A stretch of 64,000 nt of DNA from Candidatus Taylorbacteria bacterium RIFCSPLOWO2_01_FULL_48_100 (GTDB lineage Bacteria > Patescibacteriota > Minisyncoccia > Phycocordibacterales > UBA10002): the NCBI GenBank assembly GCA_001821135.1, contig MHSA01000012.1:6341-70340 (forward strand), in the 5' to 3' direction. Below, piece by piece: positions 55,975-64,000 of the stretch. The position numbers and the translations under genes were made by a program. Each line of letters starts with the position of its first letter. Position 1 is the stretch's first letter. The notes below the pieces were generated by a model. The model searched no databases. It was not told the origin of the DNA and was given only the letters and a program-made list of their open reading frames with translations.

Positions 55975-57180
55975 TTACGGCAAGAACTGCTTGAACCATT
56001 CCGAGATAGTATTTTTCGCGCGCCGCGCGCTTTCCATTCCAAACGATAGCGATTGTCCTGTTTCCAAGAGTCCCATATTGGCTAGACCGTATGCTACAGA
56101 CCAGCTTGCATCTTTTATTTGGCTTTTTCCATTTTCTACTGCGAGCGAGTTTGCAATACGAGCAGGAAGTCGTAGCGCCGCTTTCGCGAGGTCGTCTATC
56201 GTTGCTAGCGATGAGCCGCCGCCGGTTAGAACAACTCCAGCGGGAAGAAGCCCGCTCCTCCCGATTTTTTTCAGGTGCGCTTCAATAAGTTCAAATATGT
56301 CAGTGAGACGCGCCGCAATAATTTCATCCAGCTTTTTCTTCGGAAATGTCGTGCCGGTAATCGCGCCGCGCTTCACGCTCTCGGCTTCTTCCAGAGGAAT
56401 GCGGAGCCCAAGCGCGATATCGTTGGTCACATTACCGCCTCCGACCGGGAACACCTCAAGTGAAATAGGTATATTGTTTTCAAACACAGCAATAGAAACT
56501 GTTTCAGAACCGATATTTGCAAGCACAACTCCAGCGACTTTTTGCGCGCGCGTAAGAGTCACTGTGCTAGCCGCAAGAGGCGATGGTACCGTTCTTTCTA
56601 CTGCGATGTCGGCTGCTTCCACTGCTTCCAGAAGATTTTCCATATGTTGTCCCATACAAGAAACAAAGAACGAACGCGCTTCAAGCTTTGCACCCTTAAG
56701 TCCAACAGGTGAAGATGGAATGGATTTACCGTCAATTTTGTATTGCAGGACTGTTTGATAAATAACACGCTTGTTTTGAAGAAATGAAGATGGAATTGCG
56801 TTCTGACTTGCTTCCTCGGCTTTTTCTGCGTCAAGCGCCGTGATTTCAGAGTCAGCACGCGAAACCGCAATACTTCCGGAAGCGGTTATTGACGAAAGCC
56901 CGATTCCGCATACGCCGACCACAGCGCGCCGTGGCGTTACACCAGCTACTTTTGCTGCGGCTGCGACCGCGGCGCGCACCGCCTTTGCTGTTTCTTCCGG
57001 ATGTTCTATATATCCTTGCCGTACGCCGAATGTCTCGGCTGATCCGCAACCTAAAATATTAGGCACTGGGTCGCCTGCCTGCCCTGCGTGCGCAGGCATG
57101 GCAGGCAGACCGTGCGCCATAATGAGCGCTTTCACGCGCGCTGTCCCTATATCAATTCCGCAGGAGATTCTTTGAGCCAC
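55975..57180 (-). CDS. ftsA: cell division protein FtsA
   Basis: Actin-like ATPase with GIDIGTARVKAL N-terminus. ftsZ is not adjacent. Confidence 0.85.
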   Translation of the reverse strand: MAQRISCGIDIGTARVKALIMAHGLPAMPAHAGQAGDPVPNILGCGSAETFGVRQGYIEHPEETAKAVRAAVAAAAKVAGVTPRRAVVGVCGIGLSSITASGSIAVSRADSEITALDAEKAEEASQNAIPSSFLQNKRVIYQTVLQYKIDGKSIPSSPVGLKGAKLEARSFFVSCMGQHMENLLEAVEAADIAVERTVPSPLAASTVTLTRAQKVAGVVLANIGSETVSIAVFENNIPISLEVFPVGGGNVTNDIALGLRIPLEEAESVKRGAITGTTFPKKKLDEIIAARLTDIFELIEAHLKKIGRSGLLPAGVVLTGGGSSLATIDDLAKAALRLPARIANSLAVENGKSQIKDASWSVAYGLANMGLLETGQSLSFGMESARRAKNTISEWFKQFLP

Positions 57181-57193
57181 GAGTTTATTGGCG

Positions 57194-57592
57194 TCATGGT
57201 TCCGGCAGTCTAAAAAATTTACACAGCCGTCTTTCTGACTGTGTCATTGTAGCGCTATGTGTCTCTCCTTTCAAATGGAGCAAACCGTGGATAAATAGGT
57301 ACGAGATGCGAGCAGACGGAAGAACGCCTTCGCGTCGGGCCTCTCGCGCCGCAATTTCCGGACAAATGAAGACCTCGCCGTCGCTTTCAGCCAGTCGGAA
57401 CGCAAGCACATTCGGAACATACGATTTTTTACGATATACGCGGTTCAAGGCGCGCATGCGCGCTTTTCCGGCAAAAATGAGGCATACGGAGAATCTTTTG
57501 CCGACCGTTTTGTTTTTTATGCGCGTAAAAAGCGCGCTTTGTGAGAGCTTTTTGTTACGCGTCAGGTTAGTGATGGAGAGAGAGCCGTTCAT
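57194..57592 (-). CDS. ybeY: endoribonuclease YbeY
   Basis: HGLLHLKGETH zinc-binding motif. Confidence 0.8.
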   Translation of the reverse strand: MNGSLSITNLTRNKKLSQSALFTRIKNKTVGKRFSVCLIFAGKARMRALNRVYRKKSYVPNVLAFRLAESDGEVFICPEIAAREARREGVLPSARISYLFIHGLLHLKGETHSATMTQSERRLCKFFRLPEP

Positions 57593-57846
57593 CTCCGCCT
57601 TTTTTCAACCTCTTTTATTTTTCCGAGCTTGGACATCTCTTCGTATGCTTCGCGTCTGTTGATGCGCTTCAACGCGTGTGTCTTGCGTTTGTATTTTGAC
57701 GGCGCACGCTCAAAAAACCGTATGGAACGGACGCGGTTTAATACGCCAGAACCCTGCACACGCTTGGTAAAACGCCGTAGGAAGCTCACATTGTTTTCGT
57801 TGTCGTCACGAACGACTTCTGCGTTTGCAATCATAGATAGAGACAC
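57589..57846 (-). CDS. rpsU: 30S ribosomal protein S21
   Basis: Basic 85 aa protein (VVRDDNENNVSFLRRFTKRVQGSGVL). Confidence 0.75.
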   Translation of the reverse strand: MSLSMIANAEVVRDDNENNVSFLRRFTKRVQGSGVLNRVRSIRFFERAPSKYKRKTHALKRINRREAYEEMSKLGKIKEVEKRRR

Positions 57847-57863
57847 AGCGTAGCGCGTTTCTT

Positions 57864-58985
57864 TTATTTAAGCAAGCGCTTTAGGAAGCCGGCGAGCTTT
57901 TCAACAGGTAATGTTTCTTGGAAGCTTCGCTCGCGGTCGCGCACGAGCGCTGTATCATCAAGCGCTTCTTTTTGTCCTATAATTATGAAATATGGGGTCT
58001 TCAACGATTCAGCGTGCGCAATTTGCGTGGACAATTTCTCGCATGCGATTGATTGTGCGACGGGAAGCCCCGCATTTCGCAAGAGTTCCATAATGTGCAA
58101 GCTGCGTAGTTTCGCTTCAGCTCCAAGCTGGATGAAATAAATGTTTGGACTGCGCGGCGCGGCGCTTCGCGCCCGCGCTTGCCCAGCGCGCCCGCGTACA
58201 AACAGCGTCGCGCCGAGGCATGGTATTTCGCGTCGCGCTCCTGCGCGGCGCGCTAGGTGGTTGTAACGGAACCCCGATGCGAGCACCTCTCCGTTTTCAG
58301 CGCGCATTTCAAAAATGGTATGCGAGCAAATACCGGCAGGTCCGACAAGGTGTTCTTTGATGTCGTACGGTAGGTTTAATCGCTCCAGATACTCAAGCAC
58401 TTCTTTGAAATGCGCGCGCGACGCATCCGACAAGAAGCTTATTGGCTTCGGCGCATTCTCGCGTAGTGCTACGCAGACGCCGTGTTCACACGAAAGTAGC
58501 GAGCACACATTTTCTTTGAGTGCCTGACGGCATGGCGCGTGCATATCGGCAATATTTTTTCTATAAAATGCAGAAAGTTCGCGTGTAAATCTGCCGAACG
58601 AATCACGGTCTCCAAGCGAGTTGAGGTATAGCGTTACAGGTTCCGCGACAGTTGCGCGAAGCGTTTCAATAGCGGTTTTTATGAGAATTGCTTCCGCTAT
58701 GCTTTTATACGACCCAAGAAGGTCAAGATGCGCCGAGAGCATATCGGATTCCTTCCCGCGCGTTTCGCGGTAGAGCATTACTGGTTGTGGCATTCGGTCC
58801 ATCTTTTCTTCTTCATATCTGCGAATGAGCGCCATTTTTTCTTCCACGCGGTCTTCGCGCTCTACGCGCGCCGCCTCTATCGGCACGAATCCGTAATAGA
58901 TTGGTATTTCGGAGACACGCGAAAGTCCGAACGCAGTGCGCGCTGGCGGTGCGGAAAATGTGCGTTCTGGTACTGGTGGGTGCAT
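57864..58985 (-). CDS. histidyl-tRNA synthetase-like class II aaRS (HisS or HisZ-like paralog; N-terminus divergent)
   Basis: HisRS-type motif (ASGFRYNHL) and C-terminal anticodon-binding domain (PYFIIIGQKEALDDTALVRDRE). Start taken at the internal Met to avoid overlap with lepB. Confidence 0.55.
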   Translation of the reverse strand: MHPPVPERTFSAPPARTAFGLSRVSEIPIYYGFVPIEAARVEREDRVEEKMALIRRYEEEKMDRMPQPVMLYRETRGKESDMLSAHLDLLGSYKSIAEAILIKTAIETLRATVAEPVTLYLNSLGDRDSFGRFTRELSAFYRKNIADMHAPCRQALKENVCSLLSCEHGVCVALRENAPKPISFLSDASRAHFKEVLEYLERLNLPYDIKEHLVGPAGICSHTIFEMRAENGEVLASGFRYNHLARRAGARREIPCLGATLFVRGRAGQARARSAAPRSPNIYFIQLGAEAKLRSLHIMELLRNAGLPVAQSIACEKLSTQIAHAESLKTPYFIIIGQKEALDDTALVRDRERSFQETLPVEKLAGFLKRLLK

Positions 58986-58995
58986 ATGATTAAAA

Positions 58996-59493
58996 TTACG
59001 GAACAAGAGTAGTTGTCGTTGCTCCTGGGAAAAATCCGATTTGCGTAAGCGGCCACAGGCGCAGAAATGCGCGACCCTTGATATTTGCGCGCGGAAGAGG
59101 GCCCCAATAGCGCGAATCAAAACTCTCGTTGCGATTGTCTCCTTCTACGAAATATTCGCCATCTTTAAGAATTACGCTGTTCGTTAGGCCTTGCACGGTG
59201 CTTAATTTCTCAGGAAATAAAAATTCTACAGTTTCCCCCGGGAGCCCTATCACGCGCTTAATCAGATATTTACTCGGCTCAACGGGCGAGCGAAAGATGA
59301 CCACCTCGCTCTTCGTGGGCTCGCGGAATCTGTACGAAAGTTCGTCAACTATAAGATAGTCATTGTTGTGGAACGAAGGGACCATTGAGTCGCCCGATAC
59401 GAGGAATGGTTGAGCAATTAGGAGGCGGAATGGAATAACAATAACTGCGGCAATCACTGCAAAATGGAAAATCTCTGCAATTTTTTTCGCCAT
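58996..59493 (-). CDS. lepB: signal peptidase I
   Basis: SGDSMVP catalytic Ser box, KRVIGLPGE, and GDNRNESFDSRYWG. Confidence 0.9.
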   Translation of the reverse strand: MAKKIAEIFHFAVIAAVIVIPFRLLIAQPFLVSGDSMVPSFHNNDYLIVDELSYRFREPTKSEVVIFRSPVEPSKYLIKRVIGLPGETVEFLFPEKLSTVQGLTNSVILKDGEYFVEGDNRNESFDSRYWGPLPRANIKGRAFLRLWPLTQIGFFPGATTTTLVP

Positions 59494-59576
59494 ACGGATA
59501 TATTATAGCGCGCACGGCGCGCGACACAAGAAAAAAGTTGTGGCGTGACGCTCAATATCGTGGTATGTTATAAAAA

Positions 59577-60095
59577 ATGTTGTACACGATAGTCGGACTT
59601 GGAAATCCTGGAGAAAAATACGAGCAAACGCGCCACAACGCTGGGCGTATGGCGGTTTTGGCGTTGAAAGATGTGTCCGCAAGAATCATAACCCCCGACA
59701 CTTTTATGAATAAGTCGGGAGAGGCGGTGAAGCCACTTATAAAGAACGCGAAACAGGCGGAAAAGCTTGTTGTTGTTCACGACGACCTTGATGTGCCGTT
59801 TGGAACATTCAAGATTTCTTTCAACAAAAGCTCCGGCGGACACAAAGGAGTGGAATCAATCATCCGTGCTGTGAAAACACAGGCGTTCACGCGCATCCGC
59901 ATAGGCATTTCACCCATTACATCAGGAGGAAAATTAAAGAAGCCGAAAGGCGAGGAGGATGTAGAGCGCCACATACTCGGCAAGTTCAAGCCCGCAGAGC
60001 TCGCGGTTCTCCAAAAATTGCACAAAAAAATAAACGAATCCGTTATCTGCCTAATAACCGAGGGGCGTGAAAAAGCGATGAATAGGTTTAATTAG
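59577..60095 (+). CDS. pth: peptidyl-tRNA hydrolase
   Basis: VGLGNPG...TRHNAG N-terminal motif. Confidence 0.9.
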   Translation: MLYTIVGLGNPGEKYEQTRHNAGRMAVLALKDVSARIITPDTFMNKSGEAVKPLIKNAKQAEKLVVVHDDLDVPFGTFKISFNKSSGGHKGVESIIRAVKTQAFTRIRIGISPITSGGKLKKPKGEEDVERHILGKFKPAELAVLQKLHKKINESVICLITEGREKAMNRFN

Positions 60096-61284
60096 ATGTC
60101 TTGTACGACAGTGTCATCCTCTGCTCTTTTGGTTCAAAGATGGTGATGGTGAAGTTATAGGATTTTCCAAGTTCCAACGAAGAGCGCAGTTTCGTTTCAT
60201 CGCCGCCAAACTCGGAAATATGCACGAGCCCGGCGACACCTTCCTCAATAGACGCGAGCGCGCCGTATTTGTTGTACTTTATAATCACGCCCTGCACTGT
60301 GTCGCCTTTCTTAAATCGCTTTTCTGCATCCATCCATGGGTTCGGTTGGAGCGCTTTGATGGAGAGCGAAACCTTGCCATCTTTGATATCTATAATCTTC
60401 ACTTTTACCTTTTCGCCTGTCTTGTAACGCAGGCGCGGATTTTCTACCAACGCCCAATCCATTTCCGAAATATGTACAAGACCTTCAAGCCCGTCTTCAA
60501 TTTTTACAAACACACCGAAATCCACCGCGCCTGTTATCGCGCCGTCCATATCATCGCCAATCGTATACTTGCCGACCATCTGCGCGCGGTCTTTTTCCGT
60601 AAGTGCCTTCTCAGAAAAAATAAGCTTACCTTCTTTTGGAAGCACGGAAATAATCGCCACTGTTAGCTTTTGTCCAACAAGTTTTTTTAGTTCTTCAAGT
60701 ATTTTATCTTTATCTCCATCTTCAACACGCGGGTAGTGGTTTGCGCCGAGTTGGGACGCTGGGAGGAAGCCCTGGATTCCTTGCCATTCCATAATGAGAC
60801 CGCCCTTATTCGCTTCGCCAACCGAGATGTCAAACGATTTGTGTTCGCGCGACGCGGCTTCCGCGTCGCCCCAAAGCATCGCTTGGCGCGCTTCCTTGAG
60901 CGAGAGTTCTATGTAGCCGTGCTTACTGTCCGTCTCAATAACCTTCGCGGTTACAGAGTCGCCAATCAACACTTTCTTAAGAATTTCGCGAGCCGCAAGG
61001 TATTCGCGCCCGTAAATCACGCCAGTGCCAAACGGAGGCAGGTCTATGTAGATGCGGCCGCGAGCGTTCGCAATGACGATGCCTTCGGCGAGGTCGCCGA
61101 CTTTCGGTGGGTTCTTTACTCCTGCGAGCGCTTTTGCGCTAGGAGTCAATTCATTGATAATTTCTTTTCTCTCCTTGTGTTTATAGGAAGAAAGAGTAAC
61201 GGTTTTTGCCTCAGTCACAAAATTAAAAGGTAAGTTACTAATAAGTGCCTTTTCATCCCGACCGTAGTGGAGGGGATTATGCAT
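60088..61284 (-). CDS. rpsA: 30S ribosomal protein S1 (four S1 domains)
   Basis: Repeated S1 OB-fold motifs (G.V..I...G.FV). Confidence 0.8.
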   Translation of the reverse strand: MHNPLHYGRDEKALISNLPFNFVTEAKTVTLSSYKHKERKEIINELTPSAKALAGVKNPPKVGDLAEGIVIANARGRIYIDLPPFGTGVIYGREYLAAREILKKVLIGDSVTAKVIETDSKHGYIELSLKEARQAMLWGDAEAASREHKSFDISVGEANKGGLIMEWQGIQGFLPASQLGANHYPRVEDGDKDKILEELKKLVGQKLTVAIISVLPKEGKLIFSEKALTEKDRAQMVGKYTIGDDMDGAITGAVDFGVFVKIEDGLEGLVHISEMDWALVENPRLRYKTGEKVKVKIIDIKDGKVSLSIKALQPNPWMDAEKRFKKGDTVQGVIIKYNKYGALASIEEGVAGLVHISEFGGDETKLRSSLELGKSYNFTITIFEPKEQRMTLSYKTSN

Positions 61285-61349
61285 ACGCGCCCCTTACGGG
61301 ACAGGCGACTTTAATATAGCAGAAATTATCTGTAATGTATACTACCCTT

Positions 61350-64000
61350 ATGAAGGAAGCGGTGTTTAATGAGTTGTACAAAAATCTGAACGCAGAACAG
61401 CGCGAGGCGGTGGATGCGATTCAGGGTCCTGTGATGGTGATTGCCGGTCCTGGGACGGGGAAGACATCTATACTCACTTTGCGCATCGCAAACATACTGA
61501 AGCGCACCGACACGCCCGCGGACACAATTCTTGCGCTTTCATTTACCGAAGCGGGCGTGTCCGCGATGCGCAAAAAGATATTGGGAATAATCGGGCCGCG
61601 CGCGTACGAAGTGCGGATTCACACCTTTCATAGTTTTGCGAACGACTTGATAAAAAGGTATCCAGAGGCGTTTCCGCGCATTGTCGGCTCTGAGCATATG
61701 GAGGACTTGGAACAAGTGAAGATTGTGGAAGAATTGCTAAACAAGTATGCTTCTGAAAAATTGCGGCCAAAAAACAATCCAACATACTATGTTTTACCCG
61801 TGATTGATGCCATAAGGCAATTAAAACGAGAGGCAGTGTCGCCGAAGGAGTTTGAGAAGTTGTTGAAAAATGTAGAAAAAAATGAAAAGCACACGCGAAG
61901 CAAAGAACTTGCAAAACTCTACCATGCATACGAAAAGGAATTGCGCCGACGGCGTTTGTACGACTTTGAAGATATGATTACAGAGGCGGTGGGTGCGCTC
62001 CAGACGGCACCGGAGTTTAAGCAGGAATTGCAGGAGGAGTATCAATACATTCTCGCCGACGAGCATCAGGATGCGAACCGAAGCCAGAACCGTCTGTTGG
62101 AACTTCTCTGCGATTACGATACTGCTCCTAACTTGTTTATCGTCGGCGACGAGAAGCAGGCGATTTTCCGTTTTCAAGGCGCATCACTGGAAAACTTTTT
62201 GTATTTCAAGCGGCGGTTTCCGAAAGCGCGCATCATCGCGCTTGTGCACAATTATCGCTCCCAACCCACTGTGCTCGTGGCGGCACATTCGCTAATAGGC
62301 AAGTCCGTGGCGGCGGGAAGCATCTTCCACATAGAACTCGCGGCGCGTGCAGGGCACGCGCCGCTCCAAATACAAATTGCCGAAGCAGCAGATGAACGCG
62401 ATGAGCTTGCGTGGCTATCGGGCAAAATTGAGCGGATGATTAAAAAGGGAACTTTACCGGAAGAAATCGCCGTACTTGTGCGCGAGAATAGAGATGCGGA
62501 GAAGGTAGAACGCGCGCTTCGCGCGCGCGGAATACCAGCCGTTCGTCGTGGAGACGCAAATGCACTTGACTCGGTGCGCATAGATGCTTTGCGAAAGTTG
62601 TGCGCGGCAATTCTTGAACCGTCCAACGATGCGCTTCTCGCTCCCGTTTTGTTTTTTGATTTTCTGAAGTTACCCGCGCTCTCGGTTATTGATATGGTGC
62701 GCGATAAAGACAAAGGTTTTCTTATTCGCCGAATGGCGCGGTACGGAAAGGAATGCGAGAAAATGCAGGAAAAAATTTTGGAGTGGAACAAGATTTCGCA
62801 CAACGAACCGCTTGTTGAAGCGGTTGAAAGCATTGCGCGCGAGTCGGGTTTTATTGAACAAATGCTCGCGCGAGAAGACGCGCGTGAAGAGCTTCGCGCA
62901 TATGCGGTATTTCTCGGAAGCGCGGAGCGCCTCGCGGAGCGCGATAAACGCGCGAAGTTGGTCGATTTCACCGCGCGTCTCGCGCGAGCGGAGGCGCACG
63001 GTATCGGTATCGCGGCATCACGCGAAGCGCATAGCGGCGTACAAGTGATGACAGCGCACAAAGCAAAAGGTTTGGAATTTGATGCCGTGTTTATCGTGTT
63101 CGCACAGGAAGGGAAGTGGGGAGGAAGGCGAAGCCGCACGCTGTTCGATTTACCTATATATGCAGATACAAAAGAAAATACAGATGACGGTTCGCACGAC
63201 GAGCGGCGGCTCTTCTATGTTGCGCTTACGCGCGCGCGCAAGGAAGTGTTTGTGAGTTGGCACGCCACAAACGAGGACGGCCGCGCGCTCCTCCCTAGCC
63301 GTTTTATTTTTGAGATGGAGGAAAAGACGAGGGAGCATATACAAATTACATCCCTCCCCCTCGCTCCGCTCGGGTACTCCCCTCAAGGTGAGAATAAAAG
63401 AGATTCCCCTTTGGAAGGGGGTGTCTCCAGTAGGGAGACGGGGGATGTTTTGCAAAACAAGAAATATCTGAACTTTTTATTCCTCAATCAGGGTTTTGCC
63501 GTAACGCATCTCAATAATTTTCTGGAATGTCCTCGCAAATACTTTTTCTTAAACTTGGTGCGCTTGCCGCGCGCACAGTCGGGCGCGGAACTGTACGGTT
63601 CGGCAATACATACCGCGCTCGCGGCGCACTTCAATGCGTACCGTCGCGATGAAGACAAGCCGTTTGCCGACACCTACCGCATTTTTGAGGGCGCACTGCG
63701 GCGCACGCATCTATCGCTTTTGGATTTTAGAGAATATCTGGCGCAGGGGAAAAAAGAGTTGAAGGGTTATCTTTCTTCGCGCGCGTTCCCGCGCGCGTGT
63801 TGGAACGAATATCATATCGCCGGTGTTATGCTGAAAGTTGGAAAAGAAGAATTAGAACTCACGGGCAACTTGGATAAAGTTGGGATGTTATCAAATGGAA
63901 GTGTGTCAGTAATTGACTACAAAACAGGGAAGCCGCGAACGCGGAACGAGATTTTAGGAAAGACAAAAACGAGCGACGGCAACTATTATCGCCAACTCGT
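61350..64000 (+). CDS. UvrD/PcrA-like helicase fused to a C-terminal PD-(D/E)xK (RecB/Cas4-like) nuclease, partial (continues past window end)
   Basis: Hand-translated; not in the ORF track because it is open at the window edge. Helicase motifs: AGPGTGKT, FIVGDEKQAIFRFQGA, VHNYRS, TAHKAKGLEFDAVFIV, LFYVALTRARKEV. Nuclease motifs: LECPRKYFF and SVIDYKTGK. Confidence 0.75.
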   Translation, partial: MKEAVFNELYKNLNAEQREAVDAIQGPVMVIAGPGTGKTSILTLRIANILKRTDTPADTILALSFTEAGVSAMRKKILGIIGPRAYEVRIHTFHSFANDLIKRYPEAFPRIVGSEHMEDLEQVKIVEELLNKYASEKLRPKNNPTYYVLPVIDAIRQLKREAVSPKEFEKLLKNVEKNEKHTRSKELAKLYHAYEKELRRRRLYDFEDMITEAVGALQTAPEFKQELQEEYQYILADEHQDANRSQNRLLELLCDYDTAPNLFIVGDEKQAIFRFQGASLENFLYFKRRFPKARIIALVHNYRSQPTVLVAAHSLIGKSVAAGSIFHIELAARAGHAPLQIQIAEAADERDELAWLSGKIERMIKKGTLPEEIAVLVRENRDAEKVERALRARGIPAVRRGDANALDSVRIDALRKLCAAILEPSNDALLAPVLFFDFLKLPALSVIDMVRDKDKGFLIRRMARYGKECEKMQEKILEWNKISHNEPLVEAVESIARESGFIEQMLAREDAREELRAYAVFLGSAERLAERDKRAKLVDFTARLARAEAHGIGIAASREAHSGVQVMTAHKAKGLEFDAVFIVFAQEGKWGGRRSRTLFDLPIYADTKENTDDGSHDERRLFYVALTRARKEVFVSWHATNEDGRALLPSRFIFEMEEKTREHIQITSLPLAPLGYSPQGENKRDSPLEGGVSSRETGDVLQNKKYLNFLFLNQGFAVTHLNNFLECPRKYFFLNLVRLPRAQSGAELYGSAIHTALAAHFNAYRRDEDKPFADTYRIFEGALRRTHLSLLDFREYLAQGKKELKGYLSSRAFPRACWNEYHIAGVMLKVGKEELELTGNLDKVGMLSNGSVSVIDYKTGKPRTRNEILGKTKTSDGNYYRQL

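Noticed and set aside
55961-56758. 265 aa plus-strand ORF antisense to ftsA
   Set aside because: ftsA on the minus strand has clear actin-fold motifs. The plus-strand ORF is low-complexity Ala/Ser/Arg-rich.
62252-63139. 295 aa minus-strand ORF inside the helicase-nuclease gene
   Set aside because: Antisense to an ORF bearing all the UvrD helicase motifs.
1-64000. Possibility of UGA recoding (as in some CPR lineages) or of CRISPR arrays and rRNA genes
   Set aside because: gyrA, polX and others terminate cleanly at TGA, and prfA (RF1) is present with standard context. No short direct repeats with regular spacers and no rRNA-like conserved blocks were seen.

Overview
This is a 64 kb window from a small-genome bacterium with standard stop codons. 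The reduced housekeeping genes, tandem pilin-like paralogs and LAGLIDADG endonucleases suggest a Candidate Phyla Radiation (Patescibacteria/Parcubacteria-like) organism, but that is an inference. The conserved GC-rich backbone includes gyrA, polX, rpmE-prfA-rpsB-tsf, dprA/serS, dnaX, alr, rpmG, miaA, parB, lepA, valS, mreBCD-mrdA, greA, ftsA, ybeY-rpsU, a HisRS-like gene, lepB, pth, rpsA and a UvrD-like helicase-nuclease. It is interrupted by several AT-rich accessory insertions: (1) an HNH restriction endonuclease plus beta-class DNA methyltransferase pair; (2) an array of six paralogous VirB2/TrbC-like pilin genes with an embedded MazF-toxin remnant; (3) a DUF3800 gene; (4) HTH plus LAGLIDADG homing-endonuclease genes next to lepA and tRNA-Gln; (5) a tRNA-Phe(GAA) gene split by a group I intron, followed by a three-gene island (small DNA-binding-like protein, HEPN-like protein and a fused nuclease-N6A-methyltransferase of MmeI/Type IIG-L style) ending at a duplicated hsp20 3' fragment. 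An unrecognised module consists of two tandem paralogous Zn-ribbon proteins divergently arranged with a membrane protein translationally coupled to a membrane-anchored ClpA/B-like ATPase whose first ATPase domain is degenerate. The window also carries several families of structured repeats: a ~110 bp GC-rich MITE-like element (three intergenic copies plus in-frame relatives inside lepA and the helicase gene), a 130-190 nt element bounded by terminal inverted repeats (TIRs) with nested hairpin insertions (two copies at gene 3' ends), and two families of short hairpins with conserved loop sequence. Six tRNAs were found. No rRNA or CRISPR array was found.
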